A stretch of DNA of 55,751 nucleotides from Alistipes sp. (GTDB lineage Bacteria; Bacteroidota; Bacteroidia; Bacteroidales; Rikenellaceae), in the NCBI GenBank assembly GCA_017380515.1, contig JAFODV010000097.1:1-55751 (forward strand), written 5' to 3'. Position numbers and translations under genes: made by a program. Position 1 is the first letter of the stretch. Each line of letters begins with the position of its first letter. The notes below the pieces were generated by a model. The model was not told where the DNA came from and did no database searches. It worked only from the letters and a program-made list of their open reading frames with translations. Below are positions 39,877 through 50,003 of this stretch, one piece after another.

Positions 39877-41742
39877 TTAGAACTTCGAGATATCGCGCTT
39901 CTTAACCTCGATAGCCCTCTTTACAGGAGCCTTAACGCTCTTTACCTCTGCCTTCTTAATGTCGGCAGCGCGTGTAGACAACTCGTCTGCAGAGAGCATT
40001 GCACCTGTCCAAGAGCCTGTGATATTGTTATCGCAGTCGTCATATACGTCGAACTCAACGGTTACAGTGCCGTCGCCATTGTCCTCAACTGACATTGTAC
40101 CATCAACGAATGGAGCCATTGTCACACCGTCATCTGTATAGTACCAAGCACCTGTCATGTAGCCATCCCAGTCAATATAGCCTGGATATGAGGTATATGC
40201 CTCATAGGTATTAGCAATTGTGTACTCACCAAAGAAGTCGGTAGTACTGTTAGAACCTGCCAATACGTCGAACTGCGCGAAGTCACCCTCGCCATCGTTA
40301 GGCATGATTGCAAATGTCCAGTTCATGTAGCCGCACTCATAGTAGTCGCCATAGTACCTGTAGTATAGGGTGTGGTCGTCGAGGTTGCAACGCAAATCAT
40401 CAAGCAATGTTGAGAATGGGCCTTCGTAGTCGTCATCGCCACCGCCGCCACTAGCTGCATCAATCACCTCGATAGCACCAGTGTATGTAACAGTGTGCCA
40501 AGCACCATCAACCATGATATGTGCAGTTACGCCATTCTCGTCAACAACAACGGTGCCCGATGTAATAGTGCCTGTTATAGCATAATCCCAGCCCTCGCTG
40601 TCCATAACATAGTATCCAGAGTACATAGCACCAATGGTGTATGGGTCGTATGAGCCATTGTCGATGGTGTAGGTGCCATAAGGAAGAGCAAGGCCGTTCT
40701 CGGTATTTACCAACTCGCTATATAAGTCGAAGCGATAGTATGTTGCGTTAGGAAGCTCCCAGCCATCAGCGTCTAAGCCAAGGTCTGATAGGAAGAAGTA
40801 GAAGTTGTCTGCAGTACCTGGGGTATACTGATCGCCATAGTAGTAGGCATAAGCATAGCTTGCAACCATATTCTGATCCTCGCCACTACCGCCACTCACT
40901 TCGCGCTTGTCGCTGATTGTAGACATGCCCGAGAATGTTACAGTGTGCTTCTCGCCCTGGATTGTTGCTGTCAATACGCATGAGCCGTCAGCTGCAACAA
41001 CAAGCTCGGCAGCATCAAAACTAACCTCTACCTCTATTTCAGAAGAGTTGGTCTTCATATAGCCAGAGTATGAGTAACCGATAGTGCCAACAGTCATGGT
41101 TTCGTTAACGTCCAATGTGTAGGTACCCTCAGGAAGTGGAATATAGCCATTTACTGCCTCACCCTCATACAATACACCATAGAGGTCTAGCTGATAGTAG
41201 ATAGAGTTGGTAAGCAAATTACCATCCTCGCTGAAGCCATAGTCTGAGAAGAAGATGTAGTAGTTACCAGCATCTGGAGTGTAGTAGTCGCCATAATACT
41301 CACCAGTGAGCACCTGCGCCTCGAATACTACGCCATCCTCTGGCTCCTCAGCCTTAGCCGCCTGCTTGATGGTAAGGGCCTTAAAGTTCTCGTTAGAGTG
41401 CTTCTCGCCATACGATACCTCTACCACAGCCTCACGCGCGTTGTCAGTCTCGTTAGCCTCCACAACAACATAGATAACGCCATCCTCAGCACCAAGATCC
41501 GAAATCCAAGCATAGTCAGAAGATTTAGCTACAAAGAGATTATGTCCCTCCACAGGGTTCTTGATGGTGTAGTTCACCTCGTAACGACCACCCTCGGCAG
41601 TTGCCTCGATAGTGCTCTTCGCGAGAACGACCTCCGTTGTAGGAGTTGGTTCTGGGGTTGGCTCTGGAGCCGGCTGCTTCTCACAAGCTGCAAATGCTAA
41701 AGGCAGTGCAAGCAAAGCGAAAAATAGTCTACGTAGTTTCAT
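39877..41742 (-). CDS. BACON lipoprotein with three repeated Tyr/Asp-rich domains
   Basis: FAAC lipobox, PEPT linker, BACON, three YYGD.Y....N..F repeats; promoter TAATTTTG at 41784-41791. Confidence 0.75.
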   Translation of the reverse strand: MKLRRLFFALLALPLAFAACEKQPAPEPTPEPTPTTEVVLAKSTIEATAEGGRYEVNYTIKNPVEGHNLFVAKSSDYAWISDLGAEDGVIYVVVEANETDNAREAVVEVSYGEKHSNENFKALTIKQAAKAEEPEDGVVFEAQVLTGEYYGDYYTPDAGNYYIFFSDYGFSEDGNLLTNSIYYQLDLYGVLYEGEAVNGYIPLPEGTYTLDVNETMTVGTIGYSYSGYMKTNSSEIEVEVSFDAAELVVAADGSCVLTATIQGEKHTVTFSGMSTISDKREVSGGSGEDQNMVASYAYAYYYGDQYTPGTADNFYFFLSDLGLDADGWELPNATYYRFDLYSELVNTENGLALPYGTYTIDNGSYDPYTIGAMYSGYYVMDSEGWDYAITGTITSGTVVVDENGVTAHIMVDGAWHTVTYTGAIEVIDAASGGGGDDDYEGPFSTLLDDLRCNLDDHTLYYRYYGDYYECGYMNWTFAIMPNDGEGDFAQFDVLAGSNSTTDFFGEYTIANTYEAYTSYPGYIDWDGYMTGAWYYTDDGVTMAPFVDGTMSVEDNGDGTVTVEFDVYDDCDNNITGSWTGAMLSADELSTRAADIKKAEVKSVKAPVKRAIEVKKRDISKF

Positions 41743-41957
41743 AAAAAGTATTTTTTAGTTAATTATGTTGTCTGTTTACTTAACAAAATTAAATAAAATA
41801 TTTTACATATGTGATGTTTTGGCGAAAAAATAAAAAATATTTGTAGCAACTTGGGACTTTATGCTATATAAATCTCTGTGTTCGTTGATTTTTTTTTCGT
41901 CGAGAGTAATATTATGTTATCTTTGCGCACGATAATTTTAAATATAGTATTGACTCT

Positions 41958-43775
41958 ATGAAGATTCTTCAGAAAATAGCCTTGATGGTAGCTGCAACAA
42001 CGGTTGTTGTTTCGTGTTATAACGAGGTAGATTCGATTGATTCGCCTATGCCTAACTCTGGTGATGAAGCCTGCATTGTGTTGCCTATTGATGTAACACG
42101 TACATCTATTGCATCCGATGGTTTCACAACTCGTTGGCAGGAGGGTGACGAAATTGCCGTGTGGGCTAAGGATGCAGAGGATAATAATGTATTCTCAAAT
42201 GCAATATTCATGCTCCGTTACTTCTCAACCGAGTGGGATAAGGCCTACTTCGTGGGTAATGTTGTGCAGATGGCCGAGGGCGACTACACCTACTATCTAA
42301 GCTATCCAAGGCCTCTGTCGGCTGAGGGCACTATGGCAACATATAGTGTGCCAGCAGAGCAGTCGGGTGAGTATGATGGCAAGTATGACATCATGGTTGC
42401 TAAGCCTGTTGTTACTGGCTCGTTGACCACGGGCAAGCGTGTGGAGATGAACACAATCATGCGCCACCAGATGCACGCCCTAAAGATTACTGTTCCTGAG
42501 AAGGCTTCCAACTTCGATTCGAAGGTTTATGCCTTGGATATCACCTTCCCAATGGCTGTTGTGGGCGACATCTCAATCGATGTCGCTAATCCTGATGCCC
42601 AGCCAGTCTATACCAACACATCTAACACCATCTCCGTTAAGAGCGCTGAGGGTTTCGATGTGGGTAGTGATATTTGGGTGTTTGTGCTTCCAGGCACTGT
42701 GTCGGGTGATGTTAGCTATGAGATTAAGGGTGCCGAGCAACGCTCGGAGGTGGCTACCTATCATCTCGAGCGAGAGTTTGAACGTGGCCACGTTACACCT
42801 ATGCGCATGTCGATGCCTCCATTTGCTAAGTACACAGCCTTCAACTTCTCGATTGGTGAGAACTATCTTGGCGAGGACTTCAACTTCTTCACGCTCTACG
42901 ACAACAACGGCACAAATATGGGTACTTACTACCGCAATGCCGAGAACCGCTATACGTTTGAGTATGAGGGCGAGTTCGATGTTACACCATATAATAACAA
43001 GGAGTGGACCTTGGTCTTCGACTCGGAGAATGCCGTTGTTGAGAACAAGGTGAATATGGGTACCCTAAGGCCATACTTCGAGCAGAACATCACACCTGTG
43101 GACGTGCCATACCTATTGTTTGAAAACTTCGAGAATGTGTCGGAGAGTGAGAGCTATGGTAATAACTCATATGCATCGAACGACCGTGAGCAGCCTGGTG
43201 TTGCCCTTAGTGGCTCGCTTGCTGGCTGGAATGCTGCACGCTACTGGATTAAGCCTGGTGCTGCGCGTGTGAATACCCGTTCTCAGGTTGTTAAGATTTT
43301 TATGGCGTTCCAGTCATACCACTATGGCCGACTCGACACTCCTCCACTCGGCAATAGCACACGAGGTATTAAGCCTGGTAAGAGTGTCAATCTGAAGTTG
43401 TCATTCGATTCTGCGCTGTACAAGCACTCAAGTAGTTCGCTGGGCTACACTGAGACTGGTGTAAGCGTTGCAACGCATACCACAGCAAGCAACCCAATCG
43501 ACGGTATTCCAACAGGCTCTACAGGTCTCTCATCATCGTATGACACTACGATTGCCGACATCGGCACAACATACTATGCACAGAACTTGGCTGAAAGTGC
43601 GGGTGATGATGCTTTTGGACAAAAATTTCCAACCTACACAACTGACTTGCAAAATGTCTCAAGTGACACACGTCTCTGCTTCTATGCTCACCTAAAGACC
43701 GCAGAAGCAAGTTTCGCGAACAACATAGAGGTAAATGTCTACATCGATAACATCAAGGTGTCGATTACTAAGTAA
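41958..43775 (+). CDS. Fimbrillin-like lipoprotein with lectin-like C-terminal domain
   Basis: VVSC lipobox, VTR|T, W.EGD.IAV, Y..YP, P.EQ, DIMVA; ends YIDNIKVSI; promoter TATCTTTG at 41918. Confidence 0.72.
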   Translation: MKILQKIALMVAATTVVVSCYNEVDSIDSPMPNSGDEACIVLPIDVTRTSIASDGFTTRWQEGDEIAVWAKDAEDNNVFSNAIFMLRYFSTEWDKAYFVGNVVQMAEGDYTYYLSYPRPLSAEGTMATYSVPAEQSGEYDGKYDIMVAKPVVTGSLTTGKRVEMNTIMRHQMHALKITVPEKASNFDSKVYALDITFPMAVVGDISIDVANPDAQPVYTNTSNTISVKSAEGFDVGSDIWVFVLPGTVSGDVSYEIKGAEQRSEVATYHLEREFERGHVTPMRMSMPPFAKYTAFNFSIGENYLGEDFNFFTLYDNNGTNMGTYYRNAENRYTFEYEGEFDVTPYNNKEWTLVFDSENAVVENKVNMGTLRPYFEQNITPVDVPYLLFENFENVSESESYGNNSYASNDREQPGVALSGSLAGWNAARYWIKPGAARVNTRSQVVKIFMAFQSYHYGRLDTPPLGNSTRGIKPGKSVNLKLSFDSALYKHSSSSLGYTETGVSVATHTTASNPIDGIPTGSTGLSSSYDTTIADIGTTYYAQNLAESAGDDAFGQKFPTYTTDLQNVSSDTRLCFYAHLKTAEASFANNIEVNVYIDNIKVSITK

Positions 43776-43811
43776 TTAACGAAAATAAATAATAACTAAA
43801 CAAACACAATT

Positions 43812-44579
43812 ATGAAAAAGTTTTTCACATTAGCATCGTTCATGGCGCTGGCGTTGGCATCGTGTACCAACGAGGAGCCTAAGGGTGAGGCAAATGAGAA
43901 GGGCGCAGTAGCTTTCGACCTCACAATCTCAAATGAGGTGGATGTTACACGTGCCAATGTCAGTTGTACTACCCCCACAGCTGAGGACTTCGCACTTGAG
44001 ATTGAGGGTGTAAGCCATACCTTCAGTAAGGAGTATGCTAACATTGATGAGTTCAATGCCGATGGCTATCTCCACTATGGCTCTTACAAGGCTACAGTTG
44101 TTGCTGGCGACCTTGCAGAGGAGGGCTACGACAAGGCTACGTTTGTAGGTAGCAAGGAGTTTGAGGTTGCAGCACGACAGGACACAGAGGTTGAAATCAC
44201 CGCTACCATCGCTAATGCCTTGGTTAAGGTTGAGACTACTGAGGCATTCAACAACTATTTTGTTGGTGGTCATGCTCTTGAGCTTGAGACTGCAGCAGGC
44301 AACAAGTTTGATGTATCGGCGCAGAGCGAGCCATTGTTCATCGCTCCAGCATCGTTCACTGTTAATGGTACTGCTGTAAAGCAGGCTAACCAGTCGGGTG
44401 TCGAGGGCGCAACAATCACTCTCCCAGAGTTCAAGCAGGAGAGTGTTGCGGCTAAGACCTTCTACACCGTGAAGTTCGATGTTAAGGATGCTGGTCGCGC
44501 AACACTCGAGATTAGACTTAATGAAACTCTTGTGGAGTCAATCGATATCGAGCAGGAGTTAAACGATAACGCACAATAA
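43812..44579 (+). CDS. DUF4493-like lipoprotein
   Basis: LASC lipobox, VTR|A, EEGYDKATFVG.KEF.V..T.V..TATIANALV.V. Confidence 0.7.
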   Translation: MKKFFTLASFMALALASCTNEEPKGEANEKGAVAFDLTISNEVDVTRANVSCTTPTAEDFALEIEGVSHTFSKEYANIDEFNADGYLHYGSYKATVVAGDLAEEGYDKATFVGSKEFEVAARQDTEVEITATIANALVKVETTEAFNNYFVGGHALELETAAGNKFDVSAQSEPLFIAPASFTVNGTAVKQANQSGVEGATITLPEFKQESVAAKTFYTVKFDVKDAGRATLEIRLNETLVESIDIEQELNDNAQ

Positions 44580-44591
44580 CATAGTTGAGAT

Positions 44592-46232
44592 ATGAAGAAT
44601 ATATTTAAGGCATTGAGCCTCGTTGTGATCGTAGCACTCGGTCTTGGCTCATGTAGCAAGGATAACATAAACTACGAAGATGGAAAGGGTGCTGCAACTG
44701 CAAATATTGGCTACCTTGCACTTGGTGGCATGGAGGCATCTATCTTGGTAGATACTGAGAATATCGACTCAGAAACACGCGCCGAGGGTGTCGACATCAA
44801 CTCTTTTGATGTTGTAATCACCAACCAGGCTGGTGCTGAGGTTGAGTCGTTCAAGTATGGTGAGCGTCCAACTGAGGCAATAGCACTCGAGGCTGGTATC
44901 TACACAATCGTTATGAAGTCGGCAGAGATGTCGGGTGCTGAGTGGGAGGCTCCTGTGTATGGCGCTGAGCGCGAGGTGGTTATCACCCGCAAGCAGACAA
45001 CTGAGGTTAAGGATATAGTATGTAAGTTGCGTAATATCAAGGTGTCGGTTTCGTATGCTGCAGATATCAAGGAGCAGCTCGCCCCAGAGTACACATCAAT
45101 GACTATCACTCTTGGCGACAATTCGTTGGTGTATGGCATTGATGAGGCTCGTGGTGGTTACTTCGCACCTGTTGCTGAGGAGAACACTTTGCAGCTTACA
45201 TTCAAGTGCCGCTATGTTGATGGCGACAAGGATATTATCATGACCAACGAGATTACAGGCGTTAAGGCTGCTCAGTGGCGTAAAATTAATGTTGTCGTTC
45301 AGCACGCTGCTGATGGTACTTCAAACATCGGTATTGTGTGCGACACATGGACCTACGACGAGGAGGTTGTGTTCGACACTACTGCCTACCTTTTTGAGGA
45401 GGTATTGGTTGACGATACAGATATGCCAGTTATCAACTTCGAGGGCCACGACCTTGCACTCCCTTTTGAGCTTACCGACGACATGTTCGATGCTGAGGGC
45501 AACTTCACAAAGAACATCAACATCGATATTACGGCTAAGGCTCCTATTCAGTCAATCATTGTTAATGTATCATCTGACAATGATGATTTTTTGGCAGCTT
45601 ACGATGATGTAATGCCTTTGGAGTCAGATATATGCGCTGGCTCGGTGTCTAACACCTTCCTTAAGCTCATGGGCTATCCAATAGATGCAAAGGGTGCTAC
45701 ATCTACACGCATTAAGTTTGGTGCGCAGACCGATATGTTTCGTTCGTATGAGGGCGCTCACTCTTTCGAGATTACCGTAATTGATGCTAATGGTGGCAAG
45801 ACAACAGCTACACTCACAGTTAAGTATGGCCAGAATGTAGCTCCATCAATCGTATGGATTGGCTACGACATCGACCAGCGTCAGACATATACTCCAGGCA
45901 TGACCTGCGACTTGAAGGTTAAGGCAGCTCTCGCTGTTGCTGACTTCAAGGTTAAGATTATCTCTGAGACTCTTAACGCTGACCAGCTTACATCAGTAGG
46001 CCTTGCTGCAGAGTTCAGCCTTGTTAACGATACTCAGTTCTTCCAGTCACTCAGTGGCTTGGGCTTCCCTGTAGGTGATGCAGTATATGGCAAGACAGAG
46101 TTGGATCTCTCTATCTCTAACTTCTTGTCAGTTCTTGCAATGCTCGGCCCTGGTGAGCACGACTTTGAGATGAGCGTTACTGATATGGAGGGTAATGCCA
46201 CTACTAAGACAGTAATGTTCCGCTTCAACTAA
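44592..46232 (+). CDS. DUF4493-like lipoprotein with C-terminal repeats
   Basis: LGSC lipobox, ETR|A, AEWEAPVYG, CKL.N.KVSV.Y. Confidence 0.7.
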   Translation: MKNIFKALSLVVIVALGLGSCSKDNINYEDGKGAATANIGYLALGGMEASILVDTENIDSETRAEGVDINSFDVVITNQAGAEVESFKYGERPTEAIALEAGIYTIVMKSAEMSGAEWEAPVYGAEREVVITRKQTTEVKDIVCKLRNIKVSVSYAADIKEQLAPEYTSMTITLGDNSLVYGIDEARGGYFAPVAEENTLQLTFKCRYVDGDKDIIMTNEITGVKAAQWRKINVVVQHAADGTSNIGIVCDTWTYDEEVVFDTTAYLFEEVLVDDTDMPVINFEGHDLALPFELTDDMFDAEGNFTKNINIDITAKAPIQSIIVNVSSDNDDFLAAYDDVMPLESDICAGSVSNTFLKLMGYPIDAKGATSTRIKFGAQTDMFRSYEGAHSFEITVIDANGGKTTATLTVKYGQNVAPSIVWIGYDIDQRQTYTPGMTCDLKVKAALAVADFKVKIISETLNADQLTSVGLAAEFSLVNDTQFFQSLSGLGFPVGDAVYGKTELDLSISNFLSVLAMLGPGEHDFEMSVTDMEGNATTKTVMFRFN

Positions 46233-46260
46233 TTGTAGCATAATTAACCCCTAAAGAATT

Positions 46261-48303
46261 ATGACTATTATGAAAAAGATATTGGCAATGTTGAGTGTGG
46301 TGCTTGTGTTGGCATCTTGCTCAAACGATATTGACACATCTGTGGAGATGGCATCTAATGAGGGTGCTGTGCGTCTGGGTGTGGCTATGCAGTCGGATGT
46401 TAACGCCGACCAAGCAACAACTATCAAAATATATAAGGTTGCAGGCAAGGAGCTAAACTTGGTGCGTCGCTACGACTCTATTAACGATGTGCCTGAGTAT
46501 CTATCGCTTCTTAATGGCGAGTATGTTGCTAAGGTGCAGGTAGGTGAGAAGAGTATTGTGTCGTTCGACACTAAGTACTATATCGGCGAGCAGTCTTTCA
46601 CTATCGAGTCGGGTGTTGTGACACCTGTAATTGTTGATTGTAAGCTTCAGTCGACAATCGTCAAGGTAAACTACGATGCTTCGGTTGCTGAGAAGCTCAA
46701 CGATGGCTACTTCACAACTGTTGCCGTAGCTGATAACTACGATGAGCAGGCTATCGCCACAGGCGATGTTCACTCACTCCGCTTCGAGGAGACTAAGGAG
46801 GGTTACTTCATTCTTCCTGCTGAGCACACATCGCTCTTCTGGCACTTCGAGGGTACTCACCCCGTTGAGGGCGATATTATAAAGGAGGCAGTAATCGAGA
46901 ATGTTAAGCCTTCAGCAAAGTATACAATCACGTTGAAGTATTCTAAGGATGCTCCAGGTAACCTTGTGTTGGAGGCTACTGTTGACGAGTCAATCGAGGA
47001 GATTGATGACACGCTTATCTTCAGCCCAGACCCAACAGTCATGGGTGATGGCTTCAACGAGAAGGAGCAGCAGCTATCTATCAACGTCCGTAGCTACAAC
47101 GTGGCATCATTGGCAAATATCGACATGATGACCATCTCTCTTGCGGGTGAAGACTACGACCTCCTTGCAGACACTGTGGCTGGCGTCAACGTTGTTAGGA
47201 ATGACGACATGAACTACAAGGTGACTATCTCTGAGGAGTTCTTCGAGGTGGTTGCTGGTGGCCAGTACAACGTGACCTTCCACGTGGAGGATGTTGACGG
47301 CGGTAAGCTCAACAAAGATATTAGCTACAATGTTCAGGGTGTTATGCCTATGGCAAATGAGGATTGCAACCTATGGTTCGGTACTGCAACCTTCACAGCT
47401 AACGTTGTTAATAGCGCTGCTACATCTGTAAAGGTTGCATACACATCTGATGGTGCATCATGGAACGAGGTTGAGGCAACAAAGGGCGCGAATGGCCTTT
47501 ACACAGCAACTGTTACTGGCATCACAATCGATAGTAACTATACATACAAGCTCGTTGTTGAGGGTGCAGACTCAGGTAAGGCTCTTAGCATCGCTACTGC
47601 GTCAGGCGCTCAGATGCCTAACTCTGATATGGAGCGTTGGCATACAGCATCATGGGTGCTCCCATATGCTCAGGGAGATGCTCCATTCTGGCTCACAGGT
47701 AACGAGGGTGGTAACATGGTAGGTGCAGTCCTTACTCAGTCATCTAAGGATGTTCGTCCAGGATCAACTGGTCAGTACTCTGCATATCTCAAGTCGCAGT
47801 TTGCCTCTATGATGGGTATCGGTAAGTTTGCTGCAGGTAACCTCTTTACAGGTACCTTCATGCTTAGCGGTATGGATGGTATCGTAACCTTCGGTCGTGA
47901 CTTCGAGTTCACAGCAAAGCCACAGAGCTTCTCGTTCTGGTTAAAGAACAATGAGGGTACTATCAACCAGGGCTCACATGCTTCGGGTACGGATATCTAC
48001 ACTATCATGGTAATCATCACCGATGGTACTACCTACTCGGTAAATACTAAAGATGAAAGCACCTTCCTCAAGGTTAACGAGTTGGATACGGTTCCAGGTG
48101 TTATTGCCTACGGTTATATCTCTGGTTCGGACTCGCGCACTGAGTGGACTGAGGAGACTATCAACCTTACATATCGTGAGGATATGAAGAATGCTAAGCC
48201 TAAGAAGATCGTTGTGTCGTTCACTCCTTCAGGCTATGGTGACTACTTCTGCGGCTCTACCGACTCGTGGATGTATGTCGACGATATGAAGTTTAACTAT
48301 TAG
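46261..48303 (+). CDS. DUF4493-like + PCMD (putative carbohydrate metabolism domain) lipoprotein
   Basis: LASC lipobox; PNSDMERW, W.TGN.G, GKFAAGNLFTG, FGR, GDYF.GS.DS.MYVDD. Confidence 0.8.
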   Translation: MTIMKKILAMLSVVLVLASCSNDIDTSVEMASNEGAVRLGVAMQSDVNADQATTIKIYKVAGKELNLVRRYDSINDVPEYLSLLNGEYVAKVQVGEKSIVSFDTKYYIGEQSFTIESGVVTPVIVDCKLQSTIVKVNYDASVAEKLNDGYFTTVAVADNYDEQAIATGDVHSLRFEETKEGYFILPAEHTSLFWHFEGTHPVEGDIIKEAVIENVKPSAKYTITLKYSKDAPGNLVLEATVDESIEEIDDTLIFSPDPTVMGDGFNEKEQQLSINVRSYNVASLANIDMMTISLAGEDYDLLADTVAGVNVVRNDDMNYKVTISEEFFEVVAGGQYNVTFHVEDVDGGKLNKDISYNVQGVMPMANEDCNLWFGTATFTANVVNSAATSVKVAYTSDGASWNEVEATKGANGLYTATVTGITIDSNYTYKLVVEGADSGKALSIATASGAQMPNSDMERWHTASWVLPYAQGDAPFWLTGNEGGNMVGAVLTQSSKDVRPGSTGQYSAYLKSQFASMMGIGKFAAGNLFTGTFMLSGMDGIVTFGRDFEFTAKPQSFSFWLKNNEGTINQGSHASGTDIYTIMVIITDGTTYSVNTKDESTFLKVNELDTVPGVIAYGYISGSDSRTEWTEETINLTYREDMKNAKPKKIVVSFTPSGYGDYFCGSTDSWMYVDDMKFNY

Positions 48304-48360
48304 TCACATCAGTGGGGTAGTGGTAATATGCTTGTTGCCACTATCCCAATACCTTTTTCA

Positions 48361-49158
48361 ATGAAGAAATTTTATATACTAATCTTGCTTTTAGCAACGG
48401 TTGTGTCGCTCCCAGCACAGACCCCATCTGTTGAGACTGGCTCTGCTGATACTGCGTCGTTGAGTGTTGACGATGCACGTAAGCAGCGTGGTTTCGTCTC
48501 GAAAGATTGCTTTGTGCCTAAGGGCCAGTGGATATTTGGTGGTACTGCTTCGTACTCAGCACATCGCAATAGCAACTACAAGTTTACACTTATCAACAAT
48601 ATTGATTCAGAGGGATATAGTGTGAATGTGAGCCCTATGATTGCCTATGCGCCATGGCGCAATATGGCTGTTGGTGTGCGCTTTGGCTATGGCCGCTCGC
48701 TCTTTGCCCTTGACAATGCCTCGCTCTCGGTGTCGGATGTCGACATTAATGTTGATATGTTCCATAGGCTCAAGCACTCATACACGGGAACACTCTTTTG
48801 GCGCCCTTACATTCCACTTGGTACAACAAACCGTTTTGCCCTCTTTGCCGAGGTGCAGCTAAGTATGACAGGTGGACAGTCGAAGGTTGTTGCTGCAACA
48901 TCTGAGATTGATGGCTTACAGGATTATCGTGGCACATTTTCACGAAATTTTGGTGCCTCTATTGGTCTCCAGCCAGGTATCGTTGCCTTCATTACCAACA
49001 ATGCCGCTGTCGAGCTGTCGATAGGTGTTTTGGGCATAGGCTTCGACCGTACGCTGCAAACCAAGAATCAGATTGCTGAGGGTCAGGTTACTTCGCTCGA
49101 TACTAACTTTAAGCTGAACCTGCTATCAGTGGGCTTCGGTATGTCGTTCTACCTATAA
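48361..49158 (+). CDS. Outer-membrane beta-barrel protein
   Basis: Signal peptide from MKKF, FVPKGQW..GG, amphipathic strands, C-terminal GMSFYL. Confidence 0.75.
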   Translation: MKKFYILILLLATVVSLPAQTPSVETGSADTASLSVDDARKQRGFVSKDCFVPKGQWIFGGTASYSAHRNSNYKFTLINNIDSEGYSVNVSPMIAYAPWRNMAVGVRFGYGRSLFALDNASLSVSDVDINVDMFHRLKHSYTGTLFWRPYIPLGTTNRFALFAEVQLSMTGGQSKVVAATSEIDGLQDYRGTFSRNFGASIGLQPGIVAFITNNAAVELSIGVLGIGFDRTLQTKNQIAEGQVTSLDTNFKLNLLSVGFGMSFYL

Positions 49159-49170
49159 ACCAGCAACACT

Positions 49171-49998
49171 ATGAAGAGATTTATACTTTTGTTCATTGCT
49201 GCTGCGTTTAGCACAATGATAGCTTCGGCAGCTGATTTTACGGCATTGTATAGCGCTGATAGCGTTGCGACTAAGTCAAAGTTCTTGCCTACACGTCAGC
49301 GTATCGATCGTAAGATTGGTCAGCACAATTATGTCTATAAGGGCGAGGTGATGCTCGGTTTGACAGCTTCGTATGGCAATCTACGCTCGGAGGATTCCGA
49401 CATCATGTTGCTTTTCGACAATATCAACTTTGGCCTAAAGAGTGCTACTATCAAGCCATTCTTTGCCTATGCCTATCGCGATAATTTGGCTGTCGGTCTT
49501 CGCTTCGGCTACGACCGATTGTCAGGCCAGCTTGGCAACGTAGACCTCAACCTTGGACTTGTTGCCGATATGGAGAATATGGGTATCTCCAACCTACGCT
49601 TGAGCAATGAGAGCTTCTCGTGGTCGGTGTTCCATCGCAACTATATCGGCCTTGACCGTAGAGGCACGGTAGGTGTTATCATGGAGGCTGAGTTGCTCTG
49701 CAAAACAGGTACTACGGCTGTGTGGTCGGGTATTGGTCAAGATGCTACAAAGTCGGATAGCCGCAACTTTGCCGCTCGCCTCAACTTCAACCCTGGTTTG
49801 GCTGTATATGTCATGCCGCAGGTGTGTGTGACCGTTACAGTAGGTGTTGGCGGTTTGTACTACAACAATATCCGTCAGTTCGATATGGGTGGTAGTGAGA
49901 TTGGTCGTCGTGACCGTTCGGGACTTAGTTTCAAGCTCAATCTTGCCGACATTCAGGTAGGCATTGTTGCTCATTTATGGAAATCAAAGAATAAGTAG
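49171..49998 (+). CDS. Outer-membrane beta-barrel protein, paralog of the preceding gene
   Basis: YKGE..LG.TASY, P..AYA..N.AVG.RFGY.R and PG...Y..F.LNL shared with 48361-49158. Confidence 0.75.
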   Translation: MKRFILLFIAAAFSTMIASAADFTALYSADSVATKSKFLPTRQRIDRKIGQHNYVYKGEVMLGLTASYGNLRSEDSDIMLLFDNINFGLKSATIKPFFAYAYRDNLAVGLRFGYDRLSGQLGNVDLNLGLVADMENMGISNLRLSNESFSWSVFHRNYIGLDRRGTVGVIMEAELLCKTGTTAVWSGIGQDATKSDSRNFAARLNFNPGLAVYVMPQVCVTVTVGVGGLYYNNIRQFDMGGSEIGRRDRSGLSFKLNLADIQVGIVAHLWKSKNK

Positions 49999-50003
49999 TG
50001 GGT

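Noticed and set aside
41743-41957. Invertible promoter between divergent lipoprotein operons
   Set aside because: Only weak A/T-run inverted matches; each direction has its own -7 box; no recombinase nearby
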